Below are positions 13,101-28,464 of a stretch of DNA of 64,000 nt, one piece after another (position 1 is the first letter of the stretch; each line of letters opens with the position of its first letter). Source of the stretch: Nageia nagi (taxonomy: Eukaryota; Plantae; Pinophyta); contig JBITNC010000001.1 of assembly GCA_050084985.1 (NCBI GenBank), positions 62,744,001 through 62,808,000 on the forward strand, in the 5' to 3' direction. Both the position numbers and the translations under genes were made by a program. The notes beneath the pieces were generated by a model. That model saw only the letters and a program-made list of their open reading frames with translations, was not told the DNA's origin and did not search any database.

Positions 13101-14860
13101 CTTTTCAACATTCTAGAGTTTGATGAATCAAGTATTTCACCCTTATCTTCCTTAATTCCTTTTGATTTTCTTTAATGATATTTTGATCTATAGAAAGCAT
13201 GGCAGGATTCTTCACACGCTTATTCAAACTCTACAATTACTTTAAGAGCATCAATTATAAATAAAGAAATCCAAGTGTTCCCTTAGGCTTTTGAGATTTA
13301 ATACTTGGGCCATGTCGTTTCTAAGGATGAAGTCAAGGTAGATCCACATAAAATTATCGACATTGAAGATTGGCTTATTCCAAAACCACTGAAGGGATTC
13401 ACAAGGTTTTGGACCTAATAGGTTACTATCAAAAATTTGTGAAGAATTATGGAAAGATTGCAACTCACTCATATTGGTACTCAAAAAAAATTTCTTATAT
13501 TGGTCACCAGTTACTAAAAACTAAAGGAGCTATTATGTTCTAATCCTATTTTAACCATGTTAGATCTTTTCAAAACATTAAATTTGGCAGATTATACCTA
13601 TGCAAAGCAGATGTTGGTAATAATTTATATGCTTCAACAATGGATACCATACCTGATTGGTCAATGTTTTATCTTACAAACAAATCACCATAATCTGAAA
13701 TATTTATATGAACAACAAATCATGATAACTAAATTTCAAGAAAGGATGATCAAACTATTGGGATATGGCTATGAAATAATGTATCAAAAGGGCTTAGAGA
13801 ATGTGGTTATGATGCACATTCCACAAACTTAAGAACCCTTAGCACTTCAAGCAATCTCACTATCAAAACTCGAGTCTTAGAGAAATTGAAATAGGAATGG
13901 ATTCAATGTGATTCAGTTCAAGCATTAATTCAAAAATTCAAACTAATCCTACTAGTAATCAAAATTCTCTTTGCAGATGGATTTTTACACTTCAAAGACC
14001 ATATTGTGTTGCTATCCACTTCTTCATATGAGAAGTAATACTTTGGGAGTTGATGTTACACCATCAATAGGATACTTTAGTTTTCTCAAACCTATAAGAG
14101 TTCTCCAACATATTAGACCTAGTACTTATAAGTTGGAGTTACCAACATCTCCAAGGTTGGTCATGTATTTCATGTTTTATGTTTGATATGGGTATTAGAA
14201 TCACAAGTTCATATTCAACCAGAGTTATTGGAATGCAATGATAATGATTCTATCAACATTAAACTTGAAGCAATTTTGGACAAAACACATCCTCAACCTT
14301 TGTCATCATACTATATTCAAGATTTTGATCCAATGGTAGGTGCTAACACTAGAATATGCAACATAGGAAAATGTACATAAGCTTCAATAAGAGTTTCTAA
14401 AATTTTTGGCTTTGAGGATAAGATGTTTTCCAAGAGGGATGGCATGTTAGCATCCCATATCCTAAGATCTAGTAAGGCTTATTTATGTTTTAGTTAACTT
14501 AATTATTTTCTTGCATCAGCTTGTAATGTGAACCATCATATGTTTGAAGGTGAACCCCCAACTTGAATGTAAATCATCAATTAGGTTAGGAGGACTATAA
14601 ATACTTGTAATAAAGGTAAGGAGAGTATCTTGAAAAATATATTATCTTTTTGAGATGTAAGGAGGAAGCCCCCTCAAAGAGGCTTGCAATTCACATTGCT
14701 ATTAGTAAAGTTATTCTATTTTGTTATCTAGTTGTTAATTTGAATATATTATTCCACTTTCTTTACTTGATACATTACAATTCTATGGTTATTTTGTGTT
14801 TTAGTACATTTTATGGTATTAAGGGTAAAACCAATTTTTAGTTATGCTAATTTCCTAAAA
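10161..14860 (+). mobile_element. Decayed Reina-like gypsy element, unit 2; integrase core deleted
   Basis: 5' LTR 10161-10574 (TGTTAAGA...TCTTAAAA), PBS at 10577, same broken pol as unit 1, 3' LTR 14445-14860. Confidence 0.92.
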
Positions 14861-17800
14861 GATACAGAGTAGTGGGAGCCACATCTGAAAGAATTATGAA
14901 TAGCTAGAGAAAGAAGGAAAAAATAGATCTATGAATGGTAAAAACTATATCAAAGCACTAAATAAAATAAAAAAATAATGCAATGAAACAAGAATATAAA
15001 TTAAAATTGGTAATTTCCCATCTACCTTAAGAAGAGACAAGTGATATATCAAGGAAGAGTGAGAAGGAACAAAACTATGAGGAATATTAAAGAATTGAGG
15101 ATGATGAACTAATAGATTTAAAGGAGCTCTCGAATGCTATTATCCGCAAAGTGAGAGGAAGGAGGTAAAATAGGGAAGATCTAATGGAATTTGCAAATGC
15201 ATACTTTGATGTTGATGGTGAGTTTTAAGTTCATACTTATACCATGTAATTTATTCATTTTTTTTCAAGATATTGATGATATGAAATGGGTTTTAATAGA
15301 TGAGAAAAACTATTTTTTAGACAAAGGAGAAATTTATACGAGGAAATGGGATCGAAACTTCATTCCATTCACTAAAAAACATACAAGATACCAAATTTGG
15401 ATTAGTTATTATGCCCTTCCAATAGTGTTTTAGAAAAATAAAACCTTAAGAAAGATTTGATATATCATTTGAGAGTTATAAGGCAAGGATTTAGTATACA
15501 ATAAAAAAACTTGAGATCCAAGGAGAATCTCTCCAAGAAAAGAATATATATTTGGTTGATTATAAATGCTCAGTAGACAAAATTAATTACATTATCATCT
15601 AATTTTATTGATGCCTTAAGTAGGAGAAACCTATTATTTAAATTGATGGAAAATAAAGTTGTTGGATTTAAATTAATGTGGGAGAAGTATATGGATGATC
15701 CTAATTTTACTACAATCTACCATGCTTATCAAGATCATTGATTGATTAGGAGGATTGTTGCACATTCACCCACTGCTTTACGTTTATGGATGGAATTTTA
15801 CTCTATAGGTATATTTATCAATGAAAAGAGTTCAAATTTTGGAACACAATTTTCACATATTCTAAAAAGGATACAAGAGCTGAAAAAATATTAGAGCATA
15901 AACCGTTACGGCAGATTTACAAAATGTTATTATAATATTTTAGTGTTGTCAACTATTTTCACTATTATATGATGAAGGCTATTATTACATGATGAAGGTT
16001 ATTATAGCCCAAAATAACATTGCTATGTTTTTATAAGCTTCATATAACCATGAACTAAGGTAGAGGCTATATTAAAATGTTGTAAATTAGAGTAACTTTG
16101 TCTATTTTGTGAGTCCCAACATTTTCATTATGCCAAATAAAAAGATTATCACCCAGCACTCCTTATAATTTATCAAAAACATGACTCCACATATTTCACT
16201 CATCCTTTCTTCAAAAAGCAATAGAATATCATTTATTGTAGTACATTGTTTTCTCCTTTCTATGAGAATCATACAAATGGGTGCAATTCTTTTAATTGGT
16301 ATATTTAAGATATTATTTTACAATTTATTTAGGTTACCTTTTATCTTAAATGTTCTCAGAATTATTCAAAATATCCTTTGTATTTCTTTATATTATTATG
16401 TCTACTAACTTTATAAGAACACATCATCCACAAATAATATAGAGCTATTGTATTCAAGCTCCTACATTATTTTACCCATGGATTAAATTTTTAATTATAT
16501 CTTTTATAGGTCATATCTAAAACTTCAACATTTATGGTGAAAAGCTAATAAAGGTAAAGGTAAATATGATTAACATCCATTGGAGACCAACTAATATATG
16601 GTACGAGACAACTTGCAATAGACTATTACATATAGCATGTATGTACCCTATATAGAAGAAATAGAAGATTGACTATCTTTATGTTAATACCCTATATACT
16701 TTATAAAATTTGGTACTAAACTCATTGACTAAAACTTGTAAGACATAGATGCAATATACATTTACACTTTTTTAAACCAATTTTCGGTAAATATGAACTT
16801 TCGATTTATGTTTAACATTTATTTTCTATTTTATTAGATCATTTCTTTTAATATTAATATCATTTTATTTTTCTTTCTGATAAAAAATGAATTTAAATTA
16901 TTTATGATAATCACAACATCAAATATCGAACTTATTTTCATAAAACCTCTAGTATTTTTAAAATAATTTGAATAAGTATAATTAATTAGCTATAGTTCTC
17001 AAATTTGAAGTTAGAAAATAATAAGTAAACTATCCAAGGTAATTCTTTTATTCATTTGTAAAGAACACTCTTATGTTGATTACGAACGTATAGCCTTTTC
17101 TATGACTAAGAACTTGTGACCTTATCTTCATTTATGATTATTGACATAAATTACTTCTATGGACGAAATCATGTATATTAGGCAGCATTTCCAAGCAGCT
17201 ACACAACCTGAAATGGTCCATGGTAGACATCAAACAAGATATTCAGTAAATATGAAAGAGGAAAGAGAGAAAGAACAAAAGAATATCTCCGCGAGAAGGT
17301 ATTAGTGAACGCCTGCAAGGTAAACGATGGCCGGACGATGTGGCTTTCTTTTGCTCTACCTCTTCCTTTCCTGGCCATGACCGATTTTCTCAATTTCTAC
17401 TTTCTGCAATACAGATTTCATTTTAAGGAGTTGAAATGGGGGAAAGAGTTGAGAGTGCGCAGGGGTTGAGCGCAAAACCACACAAAATGGAACCAAAATG
17501 CTGATATCAGTTTTACGGGACTGATCTCGGATTGGTTTGTTTCCTTTCGACTGTGAATCAACAGGTTTCAATTATCATCACGAGTGGTTCCTATTTCGAA
17601 TACTTTAATAATTAACAGTAACTTTTCAATTTTATCTTTCTTATTAATGAGGGGTAAATTTAATAATTATTCTTTTAGGTCTATCGGATTAAGTGGCTTT
17701 TGCAAGCCCTTGAAGGTTTCAAATTTGACCCTAGATTCCAAGTAACTTACGAGTTTAAGTTAAACGATATAAGGTTTGTTGGGCTAATTATTAAACTTTT

Positions 17801-18466
17801 ACAAGGCAATTTGCATTACATTCAGTGCAGATGAAAAAACAAAAGTGCAATTTGCAGTACCTTCAATCTTGTTTACTTGTTTGCCTGTTCCATGCTTAAG
17901 TTCACCGGACAGGTTAATGATCTAGATGAATACATCTTAGCCGTAGTATTCACTATTTTCTTATTGTTCAATCGCTCCATATTAAAGTGTGAGCGAAAAT
18001 GGTAAAATTTGAGACCCAAACATCATTTAGTATTCATAGTTCAGCTCACATTTATTACAATTGTTCAACGTCAATTATCATATTGTGTAGCTTAACCCCA
18101 ATAATGACAGGCGGGACTGAAAATCCGAAAAGAACATTGCATGTCGAAGTTTCTTTATTACAGAACCATCAAATATGAGCCAAAGCAGATCACTTGTGTC
18201 AGTATATATCACAAATTCCAACCAGAATAAAAAGAGAATTCGAAAAAGGAGCAACCTGTCTGTTTTTATTATGCTTAGGACTTACATTAGCAACGATGAT
18301 TAGGTCTATGGACCAAATGATCTATATTATGGAGTATTTCCAATCAGAATAAAAAGAGAATTCCAAAAAAGGAGCAACCTCTCTGTTTTTATTATGCTTA
18401 GCACTTACATTAGATAGATAGAAAGCAGACATGGCAGGGAAGAGCATATTGGTGTGAGATCAAGTT

Positions 18467-18682
18467 TTAGGGATGATTATCAACAACGAGGGGTCTCGGA
18501 GGTGGATCACCATGGCAGGGAAGACCGGGAGGAACACGAATATGGCCATTATGGCATATAGACAGAATTTTCCTCCCTCCGGCTTCAACTCCATCACTCA
18601 CTGCACTTACGTTTCCATTCCCACTGTTGAGAAGTGCCAAAACAACCACCATTATCGTCAGTTTTAGCTTAAAATTATCCAT
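18467..18682 (-). CDS. Small secreted two-Cys peptide precursor, 71 aa, copy 2 (protein identical to copy 1)
   Basis: Same ORF from the MDNF start, with TATA box and 3' repeat. Confidence 0.85.
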   Translation of the reverse strand: MDNFKLKLTIMVVVLALLNSGNGNVSAVSDGVEAGGRKILSICHNGHIRVPPGLPCHGDPPPRPLVVDNHP

Positions 18683-20546
18683 TCTCTTCTGGACCGAACT
18701 CAACTTACTTCGTTTTTTAACAAGAATCTCGAACACTGCTGTAATGTAATTCGTTAGTAATTGGAAAGGGATATGAGGCCTCATTTTATACTGATACCGC
18801 ATACGAATGGTTACGTTGCTAGCAAGGAATAGTAGCGAAAGTGGACAACTCAACTCCATACGACTCGTAATGTCATTTTTTGCAGGACTCGGAAGCCGTT
18901 CACTCCTTTTGAATCGCGTCCTCGGACACGTTCTCGTTTGTTAGATGTTCCCCGCATAGATGGATTCTAACCAAAAACTGACAGATTTGAATAGAACACA
19001 AAGGAAGCACAACTAGTAAGCATCTCGCGCATGCAACTTCAATACACTTTTTTTGTCACTCCTTTTGAATCACCTCGTCATACTTGTTCTCGTTCAAGTT
19101 GCACGCGCTTTTGGGTCCAATTCTTAATACTATTGATCACCCATTTATATCAAACCTTTTCAAAAACTTAAATATAATATAATTAAATGAAAATTTATAA
19201 CCATCAACCAAAAAATTTTGAAAATTAAAAATTATGTATAAGAAAAGAAGACCTTAATTTATATCAAAGAAGATTTGGTACTTCATATTATTTTGGATTT
19301 TAGTTGTGAAAACTTTTCTACAATAAGAATGATATCATTGTTATCCTTTTATCTTAATGCTTCTAATATCATTCTTATATTGGAGCTTTGGATAAACTAT
19401 GATGAGGTATAGGTTCACAGGAAGGCAGTACCTCATAAAGTCAACAATGTAAGTAATGCTAATTTACTACACGTTAGTATTCATTCTACCTAAAGTTATG
19501 GTAATATAAAGCTTATAAAAATAAGAGGTCAAACTTACTAAAAATGTAGCATTTTGAAACTATTTGAACACCATTAGAAAATCATAATAAAATTTTTTAA
19601 AGTTATCTTAATAATTTTTTTCAATGTTTTTTTATTTTTTGTATCTTTTTTAATACAAGTTAAACTCGTGTTTATGCATTATAATTCTTTTCATCGATGA
19701 GTAAAATAATTGAATGTGTTACCTTGAGTCCTAAGGCAAGAATAATCTAAGAAAGAATCAATAATCAAAATTTATCATTTTAAGTACATATAATTAAATT
19801 TTATATACCCTTGTTATAATTCTAGCATATTGTACTAATTAATTATGTTTTACATAATCAATAATGCTCAATGTAACTTGTTGAACTCATCATATTTTAC
19901 TAACAAATCCATTATATGTTATGTTATTATTACTAAATAAGAACAAAAAGGAGGAAACAATTTTAAAATAAGTAGAATGGATCTTCAAACACCTTGTATG
20001 GAGAGTTTAATATAATCTTCCAAAAGGATTACCTCATATGAGAAAGATTTACACAAAATTGATTTAATCATTGGATAAAACCTACCAAACAAATCACCCT
20101 ATAGCATGCACCCAATTATTACTATTTGTATTCGTAGTGAAGAGAAATATGATTAGAAAATGGTATTTTAAAACAAATGGGTTACATGTATTCTCAATGA
20201 TATGACTAGAAAAAAGTGTTTCAAAAAAATGAAGTACAACATTGACTAAATTGGTGGACTACTTGCAGAGTTATACCTATATTTTGACTCGTGATGCTAG
20301 AGTATCTAACAATTTTGCTGATGCATCTTATTTGACAAAGGGTTATTTGATGCCATGGTGAGCTAGTGGGAGGAGATCTAGTGATTGGACATCCAATGAG
20401 TGGAGAGCCAATAAGTGGATAGACAATGAGAGGATAACTAATGAGCAGGTAGCCAAGGAGTGGAGAGCTAACTAGTTGAGAGCTAGTGAGAGAAGAGCCA
20501 AGATGAAAAGGAATGACCATAAAGCAACGGTACTGCTAAAAGCTCT

Positions 20547-22725
20547 TGTTAAGATCCCATATCCTAATATTTACTTTTACTTATTTATATTTTAATTAAT
20601 TTAATTATTTGCTTGTATCGACTTGTAATGTGAACCATCATATTTTCTTAGATGAGTCACCATTTGGAATGTAAACTATCAATTAGGGTAGGATGACTAT
20701 ATAGACTTGTAAGACACGTAAGGAGAGTATCTTGAAAAATCAATTATCTTTTAGAGTTGTAAGGAGCAAGCTCCCTAGAAGCATCCTGCAATTCCTATGT
20801 TATAAGTAAAGTTATTTTGCTATACTATTTGGTTTTTAATTTGAATATATTATTCCAATTGAATTAATTGATGCATTGCTTGTATATGGTTATTTCATAT
20901 TTCAATATTTCTTATGGTATTCATGGTACAACCCCTTTTTAGTTCTACTAGATTCTTAAAAGGTGGTATCAAAGCCTTGAATTTGGATACCTATGGGCAT
21001 TTTTGTGTGGTTACATCAAGTGAAAAAACAAGAATTTATCTATTTTACAACTAAAACTTTGCCTAAATTTTTGCAAATTGTAAGGTTACATTGAAGTGGA
21101 ACCCTATAAATCACTATTTTTTCAACTGAAACTTTGTCCATTTTTTCAAAATCTTAGGACAACCTCAAACTTATCACCTGAAATAGAAAATCCGAAATAG
21201 GTAAAAACTTTTGGAGTGCATATCTTCCAAACCATGAAGAATTACCAAATTCTAAGAGTGCCCATTAAGACCTTGCTCATTTTGACATTTTTTCAACGTA
21301 ATCATTTTCATATGTAGCATCGATATACTTTTTTTAACTTTCAAAAATAAAAGTCACTAAAAATAGTAAGTCAAGACCTAGCTTGTATTTCAAGTGGAGG
21401 GAAAGTGATCTCAAGACCTCACTCTAGAAATATTAGATAATAAGGTTAAATAGCTTGAAGCTAACCTTGCTGGAGTTGACCTGAAATCTACTTTTCAAGA
21501 GATAAATAGAAAATTATCTAATTTTTTCAGGAAAGCTTATTAGATTGGGCACTAAATATGATTATACGAATTCAAATCTATTGGAAGTACAAAAAATAGG
21601 TCTTACAACTCTACAATAATCATCTATGCAACAATAAATATTATCATAGGGCATACTAGGTACAAGTATTCTACAATACTTAGGGAAAAATACTCAATTG
21701 CAAGCATAACACGTGGATATGAGAGGTCCTTTGGCCTTTATCCTTATAAGGATAACTAAGTTGGATTTCCCTTGATTTGATAGAGAGGATCCCACTAGAT
21801 GGAATTATAGAGCAAAATAATATTTTACACTGAATCAAATCCTTGAAGTTTAGAAGATCAATATATTTTCTTTTCATTTAAAACATGAGACCATTCAGTG
21901 GCACCAAATATTTGAAAAAGCTAATATGAATCCTTGTTAGTGGGATTTCCTAAAACTATTTTTGGTGAGGTTTGGACCAATTGATTTTGAGGATTTCACA
22001 AGAGCACTTACAAAACTTCAATAAATATCAATTGTGAAATAATATCAGATACAATTCAAAAAGCTTGCAAATTGCATAGAGGGATTAGATTAATTATCTT
22101 TTTTTAGGAATTGCTTCATTAGTGGAATTAAGGAAAACATCAGGGTAGAAGTCAAAATGTCCAATCCTAGCACTATAATATAGGCTATTAGGTTTGCTAA
22201 ATTGGAAAAAGACAAATTTAATACCCCACATTGACAAGGGCAGAAAACATTCATCAAACCTCAAGCTTCTCCTAAACTTATTCATTTATTTCAAATTAAG
22301 CAACTCAGTAAAAAGGAAATGAATGAGTACAAAGCGAATGGTCTTTGCTATAATTATAATCAAAGATTGTATTTCCTTAATGCAGATATATTTTGATGAT
22401 TTAGAGGATGTAATTGTTATTGAGAAAGAAGGTAATGAGCTTGAAATAATTGAAAAATATGTTCTTGTAATTTCTTGTAGTACCCTTGCAAGAGTTATGA
22501 CACCCCAAATAATGAAGGTTTTTCAAAAAATTATCTCTCATCATTTTACTTAACTAAACAAGAACACATAATTTTATTGATCCTTATGTGGATGAACATG
22601 CTAATTATTTTATATATCCTCAAAATAATTTTGAAGTAATGATTTTAAATGGAGGTAGAATTTCTTGCAAGGGGAAACATTGAAGTGTTAAGCTCAACAT
22701 GGAAGATTATCACATACAAAGTTAT
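20547..22725 (+). mobile_element. 3'-truncated Reina-like element (LTR, PBS, gag, part of protease)
   Basis: LTR 20547-20961, PBS at 20964; homology to unit 1 stops at ~22725, where the sequence jumps to the flank of another LTR. Confidence 0.88.
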
Positions 22726-22767
22726 CATGGAAGATTATCATAAAACAATGATACAACTAAAGAATCT

Positions 22768-25700
22768 TGTTAAGATCTCATATCCTAATATTTACTTAAG
22801 CTTATTTATATTTTAATTAATTTAATTATTTGCTTGTATCAACTTGTAATGTAAACCAATCATATTTTCTAATATGTGTCACCATTTGGAATGTAAACTA
22901 TCAATTAGGGTAGGAGGACTATATAGACTTATAAGACATGTAAGGAGATTATCTTGGAAAATTAATTATCTTTTTGAGTTAAAAGGAGCAAGCTCCTCGA
23001 AGCACCCTACAATTCCTATGTTATAAGTAAAGTTATATTGTTATATTATTTGGTTTTTTATCTGATTATATTATTCAAATTGAATTAATTGATGCATTGC
23101 TAGTATATGGTTATTCCATATTTCAATATTTCTTATGGTATTCATGGTACAACCCATTTTTAGTTCTACTAGATTCTTAAAAGGTGGCATCAGAGCCTTG
23201 ATTTTGGCCACATATGGGCATTTTGTGTGGTTGCATCAAGTGAAAAAATAAGAATTTATCTATTTTACAACTAAAACTTTGCCTAAATGTTTGCAAATTG
23301 TAAGGTTACATTGAAGTGGAACCCTATAAATCACTATTTTTTCAACTAAAACTTTGTCCATATATTTAGAATCTCATGAAACCCTCAAACTTATCACAAG
23401 CAATAGCTAATCCAAAATAGGTAAAAACTTTTAGAGTGAATATCTTCCAAACCATGAAGAATTACCAAATTCTAAGAGTGCCTATTGAGACCTAGCTCAT
23501 TTTGATATTTTTCAGCCTAATCATTTTGATATTTAGGATTGATGTACAATTTTTAATTTTCAAAAATAACAATCACTAAAAATAGTAAGTCAATACCTAG
23601 CTTGTATTTCAAATGGAGGGAAAAAGATCTGAAGACCTCACTCTAGAAATATTAGATAATAAGGTTAAACATATTGAAGCTCACCTTGGTGGAGTTGACC
23701 CAAAATCTGCTTTTCATGAGATAAATGGAAAATTCACTAAATTTATCTAGGAAATCTTATTAAATTAGGCGCTAAGTATGATTCTACAAATTCAAATCTA
23801 TTGGAAGTAAAAACAATAAGTCTTACAACTCTACAATAATCATCTATGCAATGACAAATGTTGTCATAAATTATACTAGGAAATATTATTAAATATAGGC
23901 GTAAAATATATTAAAATCAAATCTATGGAAGTAAAAATAACAATAATTCCTTAATTATATAATCACTAATGATATAGACAAAATAATTACTTTACATAAT
24001 AAATTCTAACTTAAAGTAATATAATACTTATAGAGAAAATATACCAATTAAACACAAAGTAATATCTGAGTCCAAGACTTTTAATTCCTTTATAAGGATA
24101 ACTAAGTTGGATTTCTTTGATTTGATGAGAGAGATCCACTAATGAGATTTATAGAGGCAAAATAATACTTTACATGAATTAAATTGATTACACTTTAGAA
24201 GGTTAATATAACTTCTTTTCATTTAGAGCATGACACCATTCATGGTACCAGTGGTTTGAAAAAACTAATAAGAATCCATAAGGGGATTTGTAAAAATATT
24301 TTTAGTGAGTTATGATTAAGTGATTTTGTGGATTTCATAAGAGCATTACAAAACTTCGATAAAATCAATGTAATAATATCATAATAAGAGAATAATTGCA
24401 TAAGGATAATAATTATCTTTAGAGTGCTCATAGTGATAAAAGACTAGGGAATAAATTATCTATTATATAGCTATTAGGTTGCAAATGAAAAGACAAATTC
24501 AAACCCAGACATAAAATTAGCAAACCTAACTTTCTCAACTATTCATTTATTAAATAAGCACTTAGTAAGAGAATGAATGATTACAAGCAATGGTCTTTGC
24601 TATATAGATAAAATGTATTTCTAATGAATAATTTTGTGACTAGATGTATGTTACAGAAGGCTTCATAATAATTAAAAAATATGTTCCTCTCTTGTAGTTC
24701 CCTTGCAAGAATTATGACACCCCAAATAATGAAGGTTTTTCAAAAAATTATCTCTCATCATTTTACTTGACTAAGGAAGAACACATAATTTCATTGATCC
24801 TAGTGTGGATAAACATGCTAATTATTTTATATATCCTCAAAATAATTTTGAAGTAATGATTTTAAATGGAGCTAGAATTTCTTGCAAGGGGAAATATTGT
24901 AATGTTAAGCTCAACATGGAAGATTATCACATAAAAAGTGATATATATGTACTTCCATTGGGAGCATATGATGTGGTCTTAATAGTTCAATAGTTACAAA
25001 CATTAGAATTGATAGTATGGGACTTCCTTGAACTATGGATGAAATTCGCTATTGCAAAACATGCATATCAATTCATTGGACTATGTGTTGGTCCATCATA
25101 GATTATAAGTTCACATTAGATAGAGAAGCTAATTTGAAAAGAATACAAGGGAATGGTATGAAAATTATTTGCAATACAACAAATTGCATATAAGGGAGAT
25201 GAATTAGTAGAGCTATAACAACTTTTGGCAATTCATGAGAAGGTTTTTGAGGAACCAAAATGGTTACCCCCTAACCACCCTTAAGAACACACTATATAAC
25301 TAGTTCTTGATAGTCAACCATCCAACATTTGAACCTACTCCTATCCATATTTATAGAATGATGAAATTGGAAAATTGGCATAGGAAATGTTGAATGTAGG
25401 GATTATGAGTCCAAGTGTTAGTTCTTACTCTTTGCTTATCATATTAGTCCAAAAAATGGATGGATCTTAGTAGTTGTGCATAGACTTCTGAGTTCTCAAC
25501 AAAGTAATTGTGAAAGATAAATTCCCTATTTCCATCATTGATGAACTATTGGATGAGCTATATGGAGCCAAATATTTCTCAAAACTAGATCTGTTATCGG
25601 GTTATCATCAGATTTGACTCCATGAAGAGGATATTTTAAAAATAACTTTTTAGAAGTATGAAAGATATTAAAAAATTTTAGTAATATCATTCAGCTTTAA

Positions 25701-28464
25701 TAATTCTCATTCAACATTTTAGAGTTTGATGAATCAAGTATTTTGCCCTTATCTTCCTTAATTCCTTTTGATTTTCTTTAATGATATTTTGATCTATAGA
25801 AAGGTATGGCAGGATCTCTTCCCACACTTAGATCAAACTCTATAATTACTTTAAGAGATCAATTATAAATAAAGAAATTCAAGTGTTCCTTTAGCATTTT
25901 GAGATTTAATACTTGGGGCATGTCATTTCTAAGGATGAAGTCAAGGTAGATCCACAAAAAATTGTCAACATTCAAGATTGGCTTATTCCAAAATCATTGA
26001 AAGGATTTGCAAGCATTTTAGCCCTAATAGGTTACTATAAAAAATTTGTAAAGAATTATGGAAAGATTACAACTCCACTCACATTGTTACTAAAAAAAAG
26101 ATTTCTTTAATTGGTAACTAATTACTGAAGAATATTTTTATAAACTAAAGGAGGTAATATGTTCTAATCCTATTTTAACCATACTAGATTTTTCCAAAAC
26201 ATTATCATTAAGAGTGATGCCTCTAGAGTAGAATCAAGTTTTATTTTGATGTAAGAGGGAAAATACTTGATTTTCACTAACAAGGCATTATCAGGATAAA
26301 ATTTGGTGAGATATACCTATGCAAGGAAGATGTGTGTAATAATTTATATGGTTCAACAATGGATACCATACCTGATTGGTTGATATTTTATCTTACGAAA
26401 AAATCACCATAGTTTGAAATATTTTATAAAATAATGAATCATGATAAATAAATTTCAATAAAGGATGACCAAACTATTGGGATATGGCTATGAAATAATG
26501 TATCAAAAGGGTTTATAGAATGTGGTTATGGATGCACATTCCTAGAAATTTAAGGAACCCTTAGCACTTCAAGCAATCTCATGATCAATTATCAAGTGGC
26601 TAGAGAAATAGAAATAGGAATGGATTCAATGTGATTCAATTCAAGCATTAATTCAACAAATTCAAACTAATCCTACTAGCAAATCAAAATTCTCTTTGCA
26701 AGATGGATTTTTACACTTCAAAGACCATATTGCATTGCTATCCACTTTTTCATACTAAAAAGTAATACTTTGGGAATTGTATGTTGCACCATCAATAGGA
26801 TACTTTAGGTTTCTCAAATCCTATAAAAGAATTGCTTGATATTTTTATTGGGATAAAATTAAACATAACATCAAAAAATTTATTGACAAATATTATTTTT
26901 TCAATGGTAGAAAGGTAGAATAATTGGCACTCTTGGTTTACTTCAGCCCTTACCTATCCCAAGCCACACTTGTACTTATATTTTGATAAACTTCATTGAA
27001 TGTCTCCATAAGTCCTAAGGTAAATATATTATTTTGATGGTAGTTGAATAGTTTTCTAAATATGCACACCTTTGCTCTTTAGCACATCCATTTAAAGCTA
27101 TCAATGTGTCCTAACTTTTTATTTATAATATTTTTAAGCTTCATTATATGCCCTCTACCATAGTTAGTGATCGATATCCTATGTTCACTAGCAAATTTTG
27201 TTAAGAATTTTTCAAGCTACAGGGAACTCAAGTCATAACGAGTTTAACCTATCACCTCCATATTGATGGATAGTCTAAAGTTATTAAAAATTGCTTTGAA
27301 ACTTATTTGTGTTGTTTTGTATCAATCAAATTAGTTCATTAGATAAAATGGCTTCCTCTGATAGAATGGTGGTATAACATTTCATACCATACAACTATTT
27401 AGATGACACCATATGAAGTATTATATAGTAAGGTACAATCCATAAGGGAAGCATATGTACTAGGTAACATGAAGGTCTGAGTATTTGACACTCATTTATA
27501 TACTCTAGAAGATATTGTTCATCTTTTTCAAGAGAATTTAAGGACTGCTCAACATAGTATGAAGCAACAAGTTGAACAAAATTTTATAGAACTTGATTTT
27601 ATAGAAGGTGATATGATCTTTTTGCACCTTCAAATGTATATACATAAATCCTTGAACATTAATGATCCTTAGGAAATGGATATAAATTTTATATCCCTTA
27701 AAAAGTTCTCAAACATATTAGACCTACTACTTATAAGTCAGAGTTACCAATGTCCTCCAAGGTTCATCATGTATTTCATATTTTATGTTTGATAAAGTTA
27801 TTAGGGTCACAAGTTCAAATTCAACCAAAGTTACTAGATTGCACTGATAATGGTTCTATTAAGATTAAATCTGAAGCAATTTTAGATAAACACATCCTCA
27901 ACCTTTGTCATCATACTATAATTAAGATTTTGATCCAATGGTAAGTGCTAACACTTGAATATGCAACCTAGGAAAATATACATAATCTTCAATAAGAGTT
28001 TCTAAATTTTTAGCTTTGAGGATAAGCTATTTTCCAAGAGGAATGGCATGCTAGCATCCCATATCCTAGGATTTAGTTAGGCTTATTTATGTTTTAGTTA
28101 ACTTAATTATTTTCTTGCATTGGTTTGCAAGGTGAACTATCATATGTTGTAAGGTGAACCCTCATTTTGAATGTAAATCATCAATTAGATCAGGAGGACT
28201 ATAAATAATTGTAATAAAGGTAAGGAGTGTATCTTGAAAAATATATTATCTTTTTGAGTTGTAAGGAGGAATCCCCCTCAAAGAGGCTTGCAATTCGCAT
28301 TGCAATCAGTAAAGTTATTTTATTTTATTATCAAGTTGTTAATTTGAATATATTATTCCAATTTCTTTACTTGATACATTATGATTCTATGTTTATTTTG
28401 TATTTTAGTACATTTTATGGTATTAAGTGTAAAACCAATTTTTAGTTATGCTAATTTCTTAAAA
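22768..28464 (+). mobile_element. Full-length (~5.7 kb) but decayed Reina-like gypsy element, subtype B, retaining integrase
   Basis: 5' LTR 22768-23182 and PBS TGGCATCAGAGC at 23185. RT, full RNase H, integrase remnants 26830-27700 (GLLQPLPIP, SKYAHL, IVSDR, YHL.IDG.S) and chromodomain. 3' LTR 28049-28464. Short LTRs, size and chromodomain fit the Reina lineage. Confidence 0.92.
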
